A stretch of 64,000 nt of DNA from Nemertoderma westbladi (taxonomy: Eukaryota > Animalia > Xenacoelomorpha), in NCBI GenBank assembly GCA_032718475.1, contig JAUCBJ010005651.1, positions 1 through 64,000 of the forward strand, written 5' to 3'. Each line of letters begins with the position of its first letter. The stretch's first letter is position 1. Made by a program: the position numbers and the translations under genes. The notes under the pieces were generated by a model, which saw only the letters and a program-made list of their open reading frames with translations, was not told where the DNA came from and ran no database searches. Below are positions 13,250-26,022 of the stretch, piece after piece.

Positions 13250-14803
13250 ATGGAGCAGGCTCAATTATTGGAACGAGAATTGGAATGTCCAATCTGTCTA
13301 CAATTGTTGCAGAAGCCAAGAGTGCTGAACTGCTCCCATTCCTTCTGCTTCAAATGTATCGTTAAAGTATCTAAACAATGCGGTGATGCAGTTTCAATAG
13401 AATGTCCTCAGTGTCGCAATACCACCGAGGTGAAGAAACTTGAAAATTTGCCTGCCAATTATATTGCGCGTTCTATAATCGATGTGATTCAAACGGGAAA
13501 AACCTGCGGAGTATGTCAAAAGAATAAAGGCACGAATCCCTGCAAAGATTGCGGCAACGAACTTTGCAGAAAATGCGAACTTTATCACGTCTGTGAAGAT
13601 AACACGCTCAATTTAGCTGCAGCTGGTGAACAGACGGAAAGCGGTCCTGATAGCATCGAACTAGAGAAACAAGGTGCTGTTGGTGATAATAAAAGCAATC
13701 CCGAAGCTAAGAAATTATTAAAGAATTGCAATGAAATCGAGCAGCGGATGTCTGAGGTTGAATTAGATGGTTGCGATAATATAGTAAAAAGCAGCGATGG
13801 AGGAGAGAAGGCGGAGGTTCCAATAGAAGAAGTGGATGTGGTAGAGCGGTTTAATCTTTTCCAATACGAGAAGAGATTATTAGATGATCCGAAACTAGTA
13901 GAAACATGTAGGATTGACTGCCGGCAGGCTGGAATAAGAAAAGTCGGGGCCATTGGTGGTGGTTGTGGGAGAACCCTGCTGATTTCCGACTCCATAACCA
14001 ACCTGCTTCGGGTCTACTGGCTGAACAGCGGCGAGGATTCGATCTCTTTAAAATTAGATCCGGTGATTCTACAATCCGACTGCAACGCAGCAAAGAAGGA
14101 GATCAAGTTCTTAGAGAGTTGCTCAGATAAAATCTGGATGGCGGCAACAGATGAGTGTGTTTTTATTATAGACACAAAGGAATCAATTTTTAAGGATCCT
14201 CGAGACAGAGTTAAACATGTTTGTCTCGGCAATGAGAACGGCTCTATAGTCGGTCTTTATCCATATTCTCGGCCTTATGTACTAACGAACCAGAAGAAAT
14301 TAATTGAATTAGACTTTTGGTCGGATGGGCCTATCCGTATCCAATCAATATCCTTTCTAGATCAAACCGGAGAAATTCTTAACGCATGTACTCTTGGATC
14401 CTTATTAGTATTCGCATTCTTTCAAGAAGAGGAATACGAATTATCAATCTGTAGCTATAAGAATGGATACAGGAGCCCTAACAACAACACCCTCACATTG
14501 AAAGCGACGCGATCCATTCTAGATTGCGGGAACGCCGTCCCTATTAAGGGAGCCATAGTCGAACGGGTGTGGGATGGAAACAGGGTGTTGTATTACTTAG
14601 TTCCTCTAGAAGAAGATAACAAACAGTATCTTGGAGTTTACAGACGAGTTAGAGGCGCTGGGAAACTACGCCGATTGGCCACCGTGCCGGTAGACGGGTT
14701 CGGTGGCGTGGCTGCAGTTGAGAGGGGTTCGGTCCTTTCTCTTGGATTCTTTATGTATGAAACTGGGACTGAGAGCCTACTTTATATGACGCTGAAAGAC
14801 TAA
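13250..14803 (+). CDS. TRIM-like E3 ligase: RING-HC, B-box-like finger, short coiled region and divergent C-terminal domain (517 aa)
   Basis: RING CPICLQ..LNCSHSFC..C..CPQCR; B-box-like CGVC..CKDC..LC..C..H..C. Intact ORF, with AATAAA downstream (~15006, ~15022). Confidence 0.85.
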   Translation: MEQAQLLERELECPICLQLLQKPRVLNCSHSFCFKCIVKVSKQCGDAVSIECPQCRNTTEVKKLENLPANYIARSIIDVIQTGKTCGVCQKNKGTNPCKDCGNELCRKCELYHVCEDNTLNLAAAGEQTESGPDSIELEKQGAVGDNKSNPEAKKLLKNCNEIEQRMSEVELDGCDNIVKSSDGGEKAEVPIEEVDVVERFNLFQYEKRLLDDPKLVETCRIDCRQAGIRKVGAIGGGCGRTLLISDSITNLLRVYWLNSGEDSISLKLDPVILQSDCNAAKKEIKFLESCSDKIWMAATDECVFIIDTKESIFKDPRDRVKHVCLGNENGSIVGLYPYSRPYVLTNQKKLIELDFWSDGPIRIQSISFLDQTGEILNACTLGSLLVFAFFQEEEYELSICSYKNGYRSPNNNTLTLKATRSILDCGNAVPIKGAIVERVWDGNRVLYYLVPLEEDNKQYLGVYRRVRGAGKLRRLATVPVDGFGGVAAVERGSVLSLGFFMYETGTESLLYMTLKD

Positions 14804-16499
14804 CAGATTAGCTTCAATCAATATGTTTGTGTCTCGGAGTAGCCCCACCAGGATGTATTATTATATTAAAGTATAACAGATGGCGGTTTTTTTTCAGTAT
14901 TGTTTTGATGTTTATGTAAATAGGCTTACAGTACAAACAAACAGAAACAGTGATCTTAGTATAGTAGCAACTACATATCCCAGCAATGCAATAATAGTAA
15001 CAGTAAATAAACGTGGAATGCAATAAAAATGATATATACTAACAGTTGTGTACGAATATGTTATTTTGTTTAAAGTTTAACTATGCCTATATTTATTGAT
15101 TCTTGTCTACAGCAATAATGGTAACATTTAATATAGTAGTAGCATTGTGTTTAAATTGTACTTAATGCATATCATGCTTATCGGCGATGTAATAAAGTTG
15201 GTAAAATTGGTAGTATTAAATTGGTACAATATTGAGTACTTAGTGATGGAGTGCAATAGAGAAGTCACATATTGTAAATGTTGTGCGCTTTACCTTTATA
15301 TGCTTTTGTTATAATTTGATTTTTTTTTAATAGAAAGTAAATATAAGTTGTTTAATCCGTTAGCTGCTGTGCTTACATTTATTTTGCTTTGTTATCATTA
15401 TTTGGTTTATTTTGAGAAGTAGTTTGTAAAAGTTGTTTCCCCTGTTTATCATTTTTATAGATGGAGAGCTTATACTTTAAGTTTGTTTAGTTTTCTCCTA
15501 TTAATTATAGTGAGTATTATTGTGGTATTTTCTGTTTAGGCCATCATCTTATAGCTGCATACTACTTACTGTAAAGCATATATACGTATTGTGTTATAAT
15601 AGTCCTACTTGCTTTCTTTTCTCTTATGATTATTATTTTACTTTCAGTAAAATTATATTTGGAAGATAGTATGAGCTCTTTGTGATGAACCTATAATTAT
15701 ATTTGGAAGTTAATTTCAAGATCACTGTCGTTTTCCCAAACAATGACACTCTTTTTCACAAAGAACAAGTTCCCAATTGGTTTGATATGATACAGTTCTG
15801 ATGCAAAATATCATCAATTTGAATAAAATTGACCACGCAAATTTTGTTCATGTCCAGACTGCTTTAATGATGACGTCATCGTTGCCTGTAGAGTGTTTCG
15901 TTCTGCAGAACGATATATAGATGGTCCCGTGTTCTCCAGTTCAGTTTGGAAGCGGGCCGCTCAACCCAACCGCCATCACATTATGCGCTTTACATCGCAC
16001 GGTTTACATGACCTTATATTCATAAATTCGGCAACTTTCTTATTCTTTTCTCTATTGCTGACATTGCGACTTGCTCTGCGATGGGTACCACGCCCTCCTC
16101 AGTTGTCCCCATTGTCAGTCTATTACAGCTGTATTACACTATGTATTACATTGACGTATTACAGCTAAAGGAACTACTCTATGTGAAGAACAAAAATGAA
16201 ATCAAACTCCTTGCTTGGTTTGCCTTACATTGAAGAACATTTTTATTATAAAGGATCCAGACTATCCTAAGCACCGCATTGTTGCAACCCACTATTCCAA
16301 GGTTCTTCTGCTAGTTCTAGGAGGGTTATGCGGCGGTAAACACAGCAGTTTCCGCTAGCCTACTACCGGGAGCCAAATATGTATTTTACTATTGTAACCT
16401 TTAACTATCCTATTGTTACCTTTGATGCGGAATCCTCATACAGGATCGATTCCGGCCATCCGGATTGAGATGGGACCAACGTTTCGCACCGCATGACGA

Positions 16500-16865
16500 G
16501 ACATTGATCTAGGCATATCGCACTGCGAGATCTCGGCATATCGCTCTACGAGATCTCGGCATATCGCACTGTGAGTTGGGACCAAGGTCTCGCGACACAA
16601 GACGAGACGCCTATCTCGGCATATCGCACTGTGAGATATCGGCATATCGCAATGCTATAGATATCGGCATATCGCACTGCTAGATCTCGGCATTACGCAC
16701 TGCGAGATCTCGGCATATCGCAATGCTATAGATCTCGGCATATCGCACTGCGAGATCTCGACATTACGCACTGCGAGATCTCGGCATATCGTACTGTGAG
16801 TTGGGACCAAGGTCTCGCGACACACGACGAGACTCCAATCTCGGCATATCGCACTGCTAGATGGT
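16500..16865. repeat. Degenerate ~23-bp minisatellite (GAGATCTCGGCATATCGCACTGC) with a ~225-bp higher-order duplication
   Basis: The unit is repeated; GTGAGTTGGGACCAAGGTCTCGCGACAC occurs at 16571 and 16796. Confidence 0.9.
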
Positions 16866-18516
16866 ACCACAGTCGAACTACGATTGTGTCACAGTAAGGG
16901 GTGACTTGCTGTATGACAGCATATCTTAACAGTGAACACATTGCAAGTACATATATAACCCTCTTTCTGTAAAGGTAGATTAATTATCTCCAAAATTAAT
17001 GTATAAATCTTAGAGCGTTCCTAGACAATGTTTAAGTGCCGAGATATGACAGCTCGTAAATTTAAATACATTCCACAGGGTAAGCCTTTATGATACTTTA
17101 TTTGTTTGATATAGAAAGAGTACAGTTTAGTCCATTTTTGTTCAACTGAGTATTCCAAACAGATAATCATAATAATATATTGTTATAGTTAAATATTTTA
17201 TAATCTTTATAAATATGAACAATATTAAAGTAAAGGCACTAAAAGATAGCCAGAAAAAAACAAATAATATAAATTATTATTATGGAATAATGTAATTGAA
17301 TTAACTAACGTTATGTGTTGCAATGAGGCAAGCAAATGTATTTCATAAATAATTACTGGTCGGCACCTGAAAAGTGCAACGGACTACATTTAAATCAGTC
17401 CATCTGTATAAAACATTGAGCCAGTTCGACCTTTGTGTGCATAGACGTTCGACATTAGTTGCGCATTAAACCCAATGACTCGCAAAATCGAAAGAAACAA
17501 TAAAATGTAACTTGGCAACGGGACTACATTATAAATGGTAATATAAACGTATTAATTATAATAACTAATATAATATATAACGATTAAAAAATATAATTAA
17601 TTATGGGAAATAATACTATTTCAAACTATTTCCGAACTGCAGACGTAAAGATGGAAATTATCGAATCAACAACGAAAAAGTTAATAAAATACACAAAATT
17701 AAATTTACCGGAAAGTCAATCAATACTGAAACAATCTGATGATACGATACGAACCAATACGATAAAACTGTGCAGCACAGAACTGAATTATAACAACATG
17801 GTGAACAATTATCTGTCAGCCAGCGAGAAAGTCTTATCATTACCGACATTATTTTATTTTATGTAAAATTTGTATCAATAAAAGTTATTAATAAATTGTT
17901 ACAATTAAAAGTAAAAAAATGAAACGTAAATTGAATTTCGTATCGTATCCCGTCCCAATTCAGATAGGATTACTAGATTGGAAATAATATTGCCTACAAA
18001 GTGTCAAATAATATTTGGTCAGAAAAAATATTACAAAATAGAAAAAAAAACAAAAAAAAACAACGACAATAATTCTGGAGATATTAACTATAAATGAGTA
18101 AAAATAAATATCACCTCTCTCTTTATCCAAATAATAGCGATTGCTTTATATTAGCGTTATTGTGAACAGTAGGTAACAAACTATTCTAATCCAGATCAAA
18201 AATATTATTAAATAATATTCTTAGTAGATGTCGCTGATTGTTAAAGGAATACTAGAATTACAATTTAATTTACTTTTTAGTATTAAATTAAATTGAATAA
18301 TAATTAATTCCTTAGCGACATTATAAAAGTAGTTTTCATTGCAATAACATGAACATGATAACAATATCATGAATAATACGATTGTATTCGAATATCAAAC
18401 AATAATGGGTGAACGTTTTAAAAGCCCATTTTCTATGGATTGGCCAAAATTCTATACAAGACATGTAAAGGTTTAGGAAACAATGGAATGTATGGAGCTA
18501 CGACGATTCTGTGGGT

Positions 18517-21441
18517 TTATGTTACAACAAGAGTCGTGGATTCGTCTATATCCATGCTCAAATTCTCGCAGAATTTATCGGTGAAGTCGATACAGTTGAT
18601 GTACTTGAGGTACTTACTGCACCAGTCGCAAGTCGAGATATCAATAACGAAGAAGACCACGATACACATAGCCATGAAGCCGAGGTAACCGAACCCCGAC
18701 ACAATGATGGCGATGAGTTTCCTAGTCGCGTTCCACGAACCTATAGTGACGTAGGGAAGGAACATAAAGGCGAGAAAAATACCTGAAATAAACCCGCCGA
18801 GTTGCGCGAAGTTGTCTAACCAGGGGATCAAGCCGAGGACCAGGAAGAACCCGAGGATGCAAAGCAGTTTAAGTAGGGCGAACCACGGATGCAGGAGAAC
18901 CGGCCAACTCTGCACGACCTCGACGATGAGACAGGCGAGTATCCCCATCATCGACCCGGAAGGCCCAACCTGCGGCTCGAACGGCAACAGGATCGCGCTG
19001 AGCAGGTTCCCACTGATCCCGCTGAGGAGATAGATGATGGCGATCCGGAGACAACCGGTTAGCTTCTCCATATCCCGGAGGATCGTCATCTGGAAGACGA
19101 CGGAGATGAAGCAGTGGATGACTCCGGCGTGAAGGAACAGCGAGATAAAAAGTCGGTAGACCTGGTCCGGCTTGTGTTCGATCCTAAAGCCGAGGAGTCC
19201 GCAGGTGTTGGTGAGGCAGTCCACCTGGCTGCAGAGGAACGCGTTCTCGTGGAAGAAACCCCGGTAGAAGAGACACTCCTCCGAGGTCATTATCCCGCAC
19301 TCGGCCTTGATCCCGTAGCAGCAGGGTCTACCCAGAACGTCGCAGTGCATATTGATGTAGGGATCGACGGAGTGGTGCAGGATCAACCCGGGGTCCGCCG
19401 TATCGTTCTCGGGTATCGTGCAGATCGGCCAGCGACTCAGATCGTCCGGCCACTCGGAGGGCGCCGCGCTCAACGGGAATCTACACCGACGGGGATCCTG
19501 CCCGCAGACGGTGCCGCGAGCGCGGTCCGCCACGCCCACCTTGGCGAAGGTGACGAACGTGGAGAGAGTCGGCGAGCAGAGCTCCGGGGGCGATTGGACG
19601 CAACCCGAGCCGTCGTTACGGACGCAGCACGCGGTCGCGTTCTCCTTGGAGCGACGGGCCGCGGTGCTGTTGGCGATCTGGTTGTCCGGCCGCATGCACG
19701 GGGAGTACTTGGCGCCGAGTCGGATGAGATCGGCGGGACGCGGACCGATCCAGAAGTTAGTCGGGGTCATGTAGCCGAGAATCTCCCTCGCCAGGTTCGT
19801 CTTGAGGACGGTGTCGGAGCGTTCGGCCCCCGAGAACCCCACCGGGGCCATACCGTGGACGCTGAGCGCCACGATGATGACCAACACGTGGATGAAGGTG
19901 ATCCAGTAGGTGAAGTAGGGCCGATGGTCGTCCATTGTGTCCAGTTTGTTAACCAACGCTGAACCGACATCCTCTTTAAACTGTCGGTTCAGCAGCTGTC
20001 CGACTATCCCGAGTCCGAACATGCGTCTGTCCGAGTTGTCGAAGAACGATTCGACTAGTTGGTCCGGAATCCGAGCGAGGCGGTTCTCGGAGACGGCCGG
20101 AGTCGGCCCCGGAAGAAGCGGCAACGACTTCCGTTCCTTTCGACCCCATCCGGGATGGACCGGAAGGGCGGCGAGGGACTCGGCGGTGGTGGTCCGGTCG
20201 AGCAACTCGCCGGCGAGACTGGGGGCGTCCCCGCCGCCGCTGCCCCACCGCCCCGGGGAGTAGAGAGCGCCCTCCAGCGGCTCCCGAGGGAACCCCGCGT
20301 CGACAACGTCGGCCTCCTCCGATTGGGGGGTCGGGACCTCCTCGGTGAGGGTCGGCAGCGGGAAGGACTTCCTGCGTTGCCACGGCGGCGGGGACGACGG
20401 GACAAACCGGGAGGTCGTCGACGGAGCGAAATCGAAGAAAATCGAGTCGTCTGCGGAAAAAGGAGTCTCCCTGCTCGGCGGACCGGCGTCGAAGTCATTC
20501 GAGAAGAACCCTTCGTGGAAAAAAGTGCTGGAGTAACACTCGTGTTCTAGAACGTCGGCAGGGAAACTGCGGTCGGTTGGGATGGGAGCGGGAACTGGAA
20601 CGGAAGGAGGGCGGGAGGGTTGGCGCAGCAGCGTCTGGAAGCCGCTGACTGCCATCCGCGCAGCTGAAACGCGTCTCCAGTTGCGTCGAGCGCCTGCCCC
20701 GGTGGCGCTACTGGTGGAGTACTGGCTTGTTTGTCTGGAGAACATAGTGGGGGTGATGGAGGGGCGGGCCATCGGGGAGCTTAGTGTGAACGGCCGGGAG
20801 GCGAACTGAGCGGGGGCTGTAGCGGGGACGGATAACGGCGAGACGCCGTCCAGCGAGTCCAACTGGCTGACCGCGGCGCCGCGACTCGATGTCTCGTCTA
20901 TCGTCGTCTTCAGTGGGCCGAACCGCCGGAGACGCAACTTCTCCCGGCGTTGGGCCCACTTGGCCTGCTCGCTGAGGTTGTCCTCGCCGCCCCCGAGGCC
21001 CAGAAACCGCTGGGTGTTGGTGGAGATCCGGTTGATGGTTCGGCGGGGTCGGGAGGAGTTGCTGCGGGAGAAGAGAGGCGGGGAGGCGGACGGAGGGGCC
21101 ATAGTCTCTTGGGTGGTGAGACTCCGCCGGAAGGGAGGGAGGGGATGACTGGAGGGTTGCTGGCTGGAGGAACGGGTGAGTGGCGGTGGTTTGGGTAGGG
21201 GTTTCTCGGGGTAGAGAGGGGTGGTGGGTTCGCTGGCATGTAACAAAGGGGTGTTCGGGCTCGGTTCATCGGGGTGTAGCAGTGGGGTGCAGGGTTCGCT
21301 GCGGTGAAGTTTGAGAGGGTGATCTGTTACATCATCTTGGTCCCGTGGTGCAGTTGGTTTGTAATCCTCGGGACCAGAATCTGCAGGATTATCTGGGTAG
21401 TTGACGATAGTCCAATCATTATCATCGGAAACGTTATCCAT
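18517..21441 (-). CDS. RHBDF: Inactive rhomboid (iRhom, RHBDF1/2 family), 974 aa, single-exon ORF
   Basis: Long cytosolic N-terminus; DDHRPYFTYWITF; Cys-rich iRhom homology domain (NFWIGP..LGAKYSPCMR, CCVRNDGSGCVQ, GRPCC); PDQVYRLFISLFLHAG; GPxG motif. Confidence 0.96.
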   Translation of the reverse strand: MDNVSDDNDWTIVNYPDNPADSGPEDYKPTAPRDQDDVTDHPLKLHRSEPCTPLLHPDEPSPNTPLLHASEPTTPLYPEKPLPKPPPLTRSSSQQPSSHPLPPFRRSLTTQETMAPPSASPPLFSRSNSSRPRRTINRISTNTQRFLGLGGGEDNLSEQAKWAQRREKLRLRRFGPLKTTIDETSSRGAAVSQLDSLDGVSPLSVPATAPAQFASRPFTLSSPMARPSITPTMFSRQTSQYSTSSATGAGARRNWRRVSAARMAVSGFQTLLRQPSRPPSVPVPAPIPTDRSFPADVLEHECYSSTFFHEGFFSNDFDAGPPSRETPFSADDSIFFDFAPSTTSRFVPSSPPPWQRRKSFPLPTLTEEVPTPQSEEADVVDAGFPREPLEGALYSPGRWGSGGGDAPSLAGELLDRTTTAESLAALPVHPGWGRKERKSLPLLPGPTPAVSENRLARIPDQLVESFFDNSDRRMFGLGIVGQLLNRQFKEDVGSALVNKLDTMDDHRPYFTYWITFIHVLVIIVALSVHGMAPVGFSGAERSDTVLKTNLAREILGYMTPTNFWIGPRPADLIRLGAKYSPCMRPDNQIANSTAARRSKENATACCVRNDGSGCVQSPPELCSPTLSTFVTFAKVGVADRARGTVCGQDPRRCRFPLSAAPSEWPDDLSRWPICTIPENDTADPGLILHHSVDPYINMHCDVLGRPCCYGIKAECGIMTSEECLFYRGFFHENAFLCSQVDCLTNTCGLLGFRIEHKPDQVYRLFISLFLHAGVIHCFISVVFQMTILRDMEKLTGCLRIAIIYLLSGISGNLLSAILLPFEPQVGPSGSMMGILACLIVEVVQSWPVLLHPWFALLKLLCILGFFLVLGLIPWLDNFAQLGGFISGIFLAFMFLPYVTIGSWNATRKLIAIIVSGFGYLGFMAMCIVVFFVIDISTCDWCSKYLKYINCIDFTDKFCENLSMDIDESTTLVVT

Positions 21442-21671
21442 TTCTCAAAAACAAATCAATAAAATATACCTAGGATAGGCCTATAACCTGATAACAGTCC
21501 GACAGTGCAGTAGGGCAGGGCTGTAGCGTAGGGGATATCCTGATATACATTTCTGCATTTCAGTTCAATTCAAAGCTCAGTTTACGCCCCGGCAGGATAT
21601 ATTGATAAAATTATAGCAGCATAGGGTGATACCGGTGACCGGTACCGTAACTGTTAAAAATAAAATTTAAC

Positions 21672-21896
21672 AATAAGCAACAACGAACAACAATGAGCAA
21701 CAACTAGCAATAAAAAGTACAACAACGAGCAACAACTAGCAATAATAAAGTACAATAACGAGCAACAATGAGCAACAACGAACAACAATGAGCAACAACG
21801 AGCACCAATGTGCAACAACGAGCAACAATGAACAATAACGAGCAACAATGAACAATAACGAGCAATAATAAAGTACAACAACGATAGCAACAATGA
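21672..21896 (-). repeat. Degenerate ~10-bp repeat (CAACAACGAG/CAACAATGAG), inverted relative to 25463..26022
   Basis: Same variant order as the 25.5-kb tract; the pseudo-translation CSLLLVIVHCCSLLHIGARCCSLL is shared. Confidence 0.9.
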
Positions 21897-22599
21897 TACT
21901 TATGCTGTTATGCAGTATAATATATCCCAGTAATCCCGAATGTATATGTAGGATATAAATAAATTCCCAATCAAGAACTTAATAAAAAATGCTTCCATCC
22001 ATACCCGCAATTTCATCAAGACAGCAAGATGGTGCACAATCTGACAATACTGTAGGCCTACTGCTATTGCTATACCGGGCCGGGACCGGTAGGCCTACAA
22101 ATATTTATCAGTTTACCTGATTTCAATCTATCAGTCTTGTTCTGTTCGGCTAATGGAAATGGAAATGGAAAGTTTTTATTTACTTCTATAAGTAAAAACG
22201 CACCAACATGCACAACACAATAAAATAAGATCATCTTTTTAAACATTCACTGAGTGACTGATAGAGGCCGTATCTAAATAGTCAAATATTAATATACAAA
22301 TAGTATACTATACAATACGCCGATATAAAAACAAATTTATTATTATTGGTAAGTATATTGGTGTATGCGATATACAATATAAAATAAGTATGTCTGTATG
22401 TAAGGTATTGTTTTTAAAATACATAAAATAAATTAAAATAATTCTGTACGATAGTGATCTTAAAATAGAAACAAACAACACATTAAAATATTAAAATACT
22501 TAAAAATTAATAAAATAAAATGTTTTAAGTTTAGTAGTTTTATTCTTAAAATAAGCAATGTTTAATAAAATAAGTATATTATGTAATGTAGGTTTATTG

Positions 22600-24770
22600 A
22601 ATTAAAATAATGTAGAAATAATGTATTTAAAGTAATGAAATATTGAAATAAAAATATAAAAGTTTATGTTCTTTTGGACTATTATTATGGTAGATTACGG
22701 AATGCTTTCAAGTATGAGGTCAAATCAACATCACGTAATAGAGTTTTAAAGGAACCTAATGATGTAGCCTCAACTACATTGGCCGGAAAGCCGTTCCCAA
22801 GGTTGATTACTCTAAAGAAAAAGCTATTTTGTATTAAGCATGATGCCACATTTGGTTTAAGTAACTTATACTTATGTCCACGTGTTCTACAATTGTTACT
22901 AATAATGTTAAAGCGGTTGATTAAGTTAGGGACATCCACCAGACCAAGATCTTCGCGAATTATTTTGAAGGTCATAGTTAGATCAAGTCGGAGACGGCGC
23001 AGTTCGAGTGATTCGAGACATAGAATACGAAGTCGTTCAAAGTATGGTTTCTTTGGATCAAGCGAACATCGATAAAACAACCTTCGTCTAAACAATCTTT
23101 GAACTTTTTCGAGTTTATCGATGGAACCGAGATAACCCTCTTTACAAGTAGTTGATAGGAATGGATTCCAAACAGTAGTAGCATATTCCACAAGAGGTCT
23201 CGCAAAGGTCGTATATGCTCTCAATAGTGCTTGGCGGTTATTGGTACAGAACATTTTATAAACCACGCTAATAACATAGTATGCCTTTTTACAAATAGCA
23301 TTAATGTGGTTTTGAAATGACAATGATGAGTCAATAATTACACCCAGGTCGCGGCAATGATCAACTCGTGTCAATATGGTGGAATCAATATTGTAGTCAA
23401 CGCGTTCAAAATTCTTAGTTCCAATATTTTATACTGTACATTTTTCGATAGCGATTGTCATTTACCATGTACTGATAACACCATTTTACAAAGTTTGTAA
23501 GAGATTCTGATAGAGCGTTATGATTGTTATTGGGGCCATATAATTTATTATCATCCGCAAATAGTTTCATCTCAGCCGGTAGAACACAATTATCAGGGCA
23601 ATCGTCTATAAAGCATATGAACTTTATTGGTCCTCCAACTGTTCCTTTGTGGGATACTGCTGCCAGTGACGTCTTTATAGCTCGAATATATCCCAGATAC
23701 CTTAACACGTTGGGTACGGCCAGTAAGGAATGATTGAATCCAGGTTAATACTTTTCCTTTTATATTATAGCTATGTTCCAACTTATATAATAGTTTAGAA
23801 TGCGATACTCTGTCAAAAGCTTTTGATAGATCTGTGCTAATGACGTCAATACCTGATCCAATTGCCAAAATATCAGTCCAATCGCCCATACACTCCAATA
23901 ACTGTAGTTCAGTAGATCTTCCTTGGAGGAAACCAAATTGTTTACCATAAATCAAATTGTTGATACATAAATATTTTATTATTTGTCGCCACATTATTCG
24001 TTCAAAGGTACGACATACAACGGAGGTTATTGATATGGGTCTATAATTTGATAGTTTACTTGCTTCACCCTTTTTAAATATTGGCGATATATCAGCAGTG
24101 CGCCATTGTTGTAGAACTTCTCCTTTTACAAGGGAATTCATGAAAATAATACATAATGGAAGAGTAATTTCATGACACCTTTTTTAATACACCAGATGGG
24201 ATTCTGTCTGGGGTATCAGAATATGTATCTGGGAGGAGAGATAAAAGTTTTGTAATTGCATGGGGCGTTATATCTATATCTTGAATTGAGATATCGGGGT
24301 TCGCGCGTGGGGTCATTGGAGGATTAATTCCATTGTCATATGTAAACACCGATGTGAATTGATCATTTAGGATTTCAGCTTTGCCTCTGGGGTTTGTAAC
24401 TAATTCACCATTACTCGACATTAGTGCTGCAACACCAGATGGTATAGCGCGTTTAGACAGTTAGAGTTAATATATTTGTAGAAGTCACTTGGTTTATCAG
24501 AGCTCAAAATCTTATCCTCCTTTTCGAAATCTAAGTTTTGTTTTGCAATTATAAATTGTTCACAACTTGCTCTATATTTCATTTTATTTGCTGTGGTGGG
24601 ATTGTCGCGCCATTCCCTGTGTGATACAACTTTCTTCTTTACTAGTTTCTTTAATTCTTTAGGTTTCGGTTTTGTCTTATTAATATTGCATCTTTTTAGT
24701 GGGACAGTAGCATCGAATATAGAATATATAATCTCAATAAATGTGTCATACATAAGTGCTAGAAGTGTCC
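22600..24770 (-). mobile_element. Decayed, 5'-truncated CR1-group LINE
   Basis: Frameshifted RT pieces: KAEILNDQFTSVFT, NYRPISITSVVCR, QFGF..GRST, DLSKAFDRVSH, LFADDNKLY, RDLGVIID, RPLVEYA..VWNP, RTRGHKYKL. Boundaries are approximate. Confidence 0.9.
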
Positions 24771-25462
24771 TTGAAACTTACCGGTACTAACAATACCTAA
24801 TGCAGGAGATAAATTAATGAATTGCCGTAAAGTCATGTAGTTCTATTATCGGTACAAATGAACAATGCATTTTCAGGGCCCTCCCTCCCTTCAACGTATT
24901 ATCTGGTTCTGACTGTCAGAGTTTGTCAGACTGCCTGATGTACAGATGTACGGTACTGCAGTACTGTGAAGTGAAGTGTGAACTGGTTTTCGTATTATTA
25001 TTATTTTTATTTTATACCTGTATACAGTCTGACAATTGGATTGCCTGATTGCCCGTCAGTCCTGATCCTGAAGTCTGCCTAGCGTTCTATATTACAGACT
25101 ATAGTATAACTAGGCTACTGTACTGTATAGCTTGTGGGATGGGGTAGGTGTAGGCCAAGCCTATTTTGTATTTGATTTGATATTTAGGTTACTGGGTTAA
25201 CATTTAGTCAGTTACCGGTAGTTGCTCAGAAGTTACAGGGAAGTGGCTATGGCTACTGACTGGACGTCCGGACAGGACCCTCTAAATACCGTATTGAAGA
25301 TTTATATATTTGATTTATATTTTACATGCATATTATTGACCGGACCCTTATCTGCCTTATTACCTCAGCTTTTTGTGACCGGACCCATAATCTTGTAACA
25401 TGACTTAACTTTCGTTTATTGTTTTGGTTACCACCAAAATGTATTGCTATTTTGGTTGCTCA

Positions 25463-26022
25463 TTTGCTTGTTGCTTTGTTGCTGATTGTTGCTCGTTGTT
25501 GCTCGTTATTGTTCATTGTTGCTCGTTGTTGCACATTGGTGCTCGTTGTTGCTCTTTGTTGCTCATTGTTGATTGCTGTTACTCATTGTTGCTCGTTGTT
25601 GTACTTTGTTATTGCTCGTTGTTCCTCATTGGTGCTCGTTGTTGCTCATTGTTGCTCGTTATTGCTCGTTGTTCCTCATTATCGCTCGTTGTTGTTCATT
25701 GTTGCTCGTTGTTGTTCGTTGTTATCCTCATTCTTCCTCGTTGTTGCTCATTGTTACTCGTTGTTGTACATTATTGCTCGTTGTTGCTCATTGTTGTACT
25801 TTATTATTGCTCGTTGTTGCTCATTGTTGATCATTGTTACTTGTTGTTGCTCATTGTCACTCGTTGTTGCACATTATTGCTCGTTGTTGCTCATTGTTGT
25901 ACTTTATTATTGCTTGTTGTTGCTCATTGTTGCTTGTTGTTGCTCATTGTTGCTCATTGTTACTCGTTGTTGCTCATTGTTGCTCGTTGTTGCTCATTGT
26001 TGCTCGTTGATGATCATTGTTG
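25463..26022 (+). repeat. Degenerate ~10-bp repeat (TTGTTGCTCG/TTGTTGCTCA)
   Basis: Read directly; the tract resumes briefly at 28440-28454 after an insertion. Confidence 0.93.

Noticed and set aside
18812-21269. Overlapping and antisense ORFs within iRhom
   Set aside because: Shadow ORFs of a GC-rich coding sequence.
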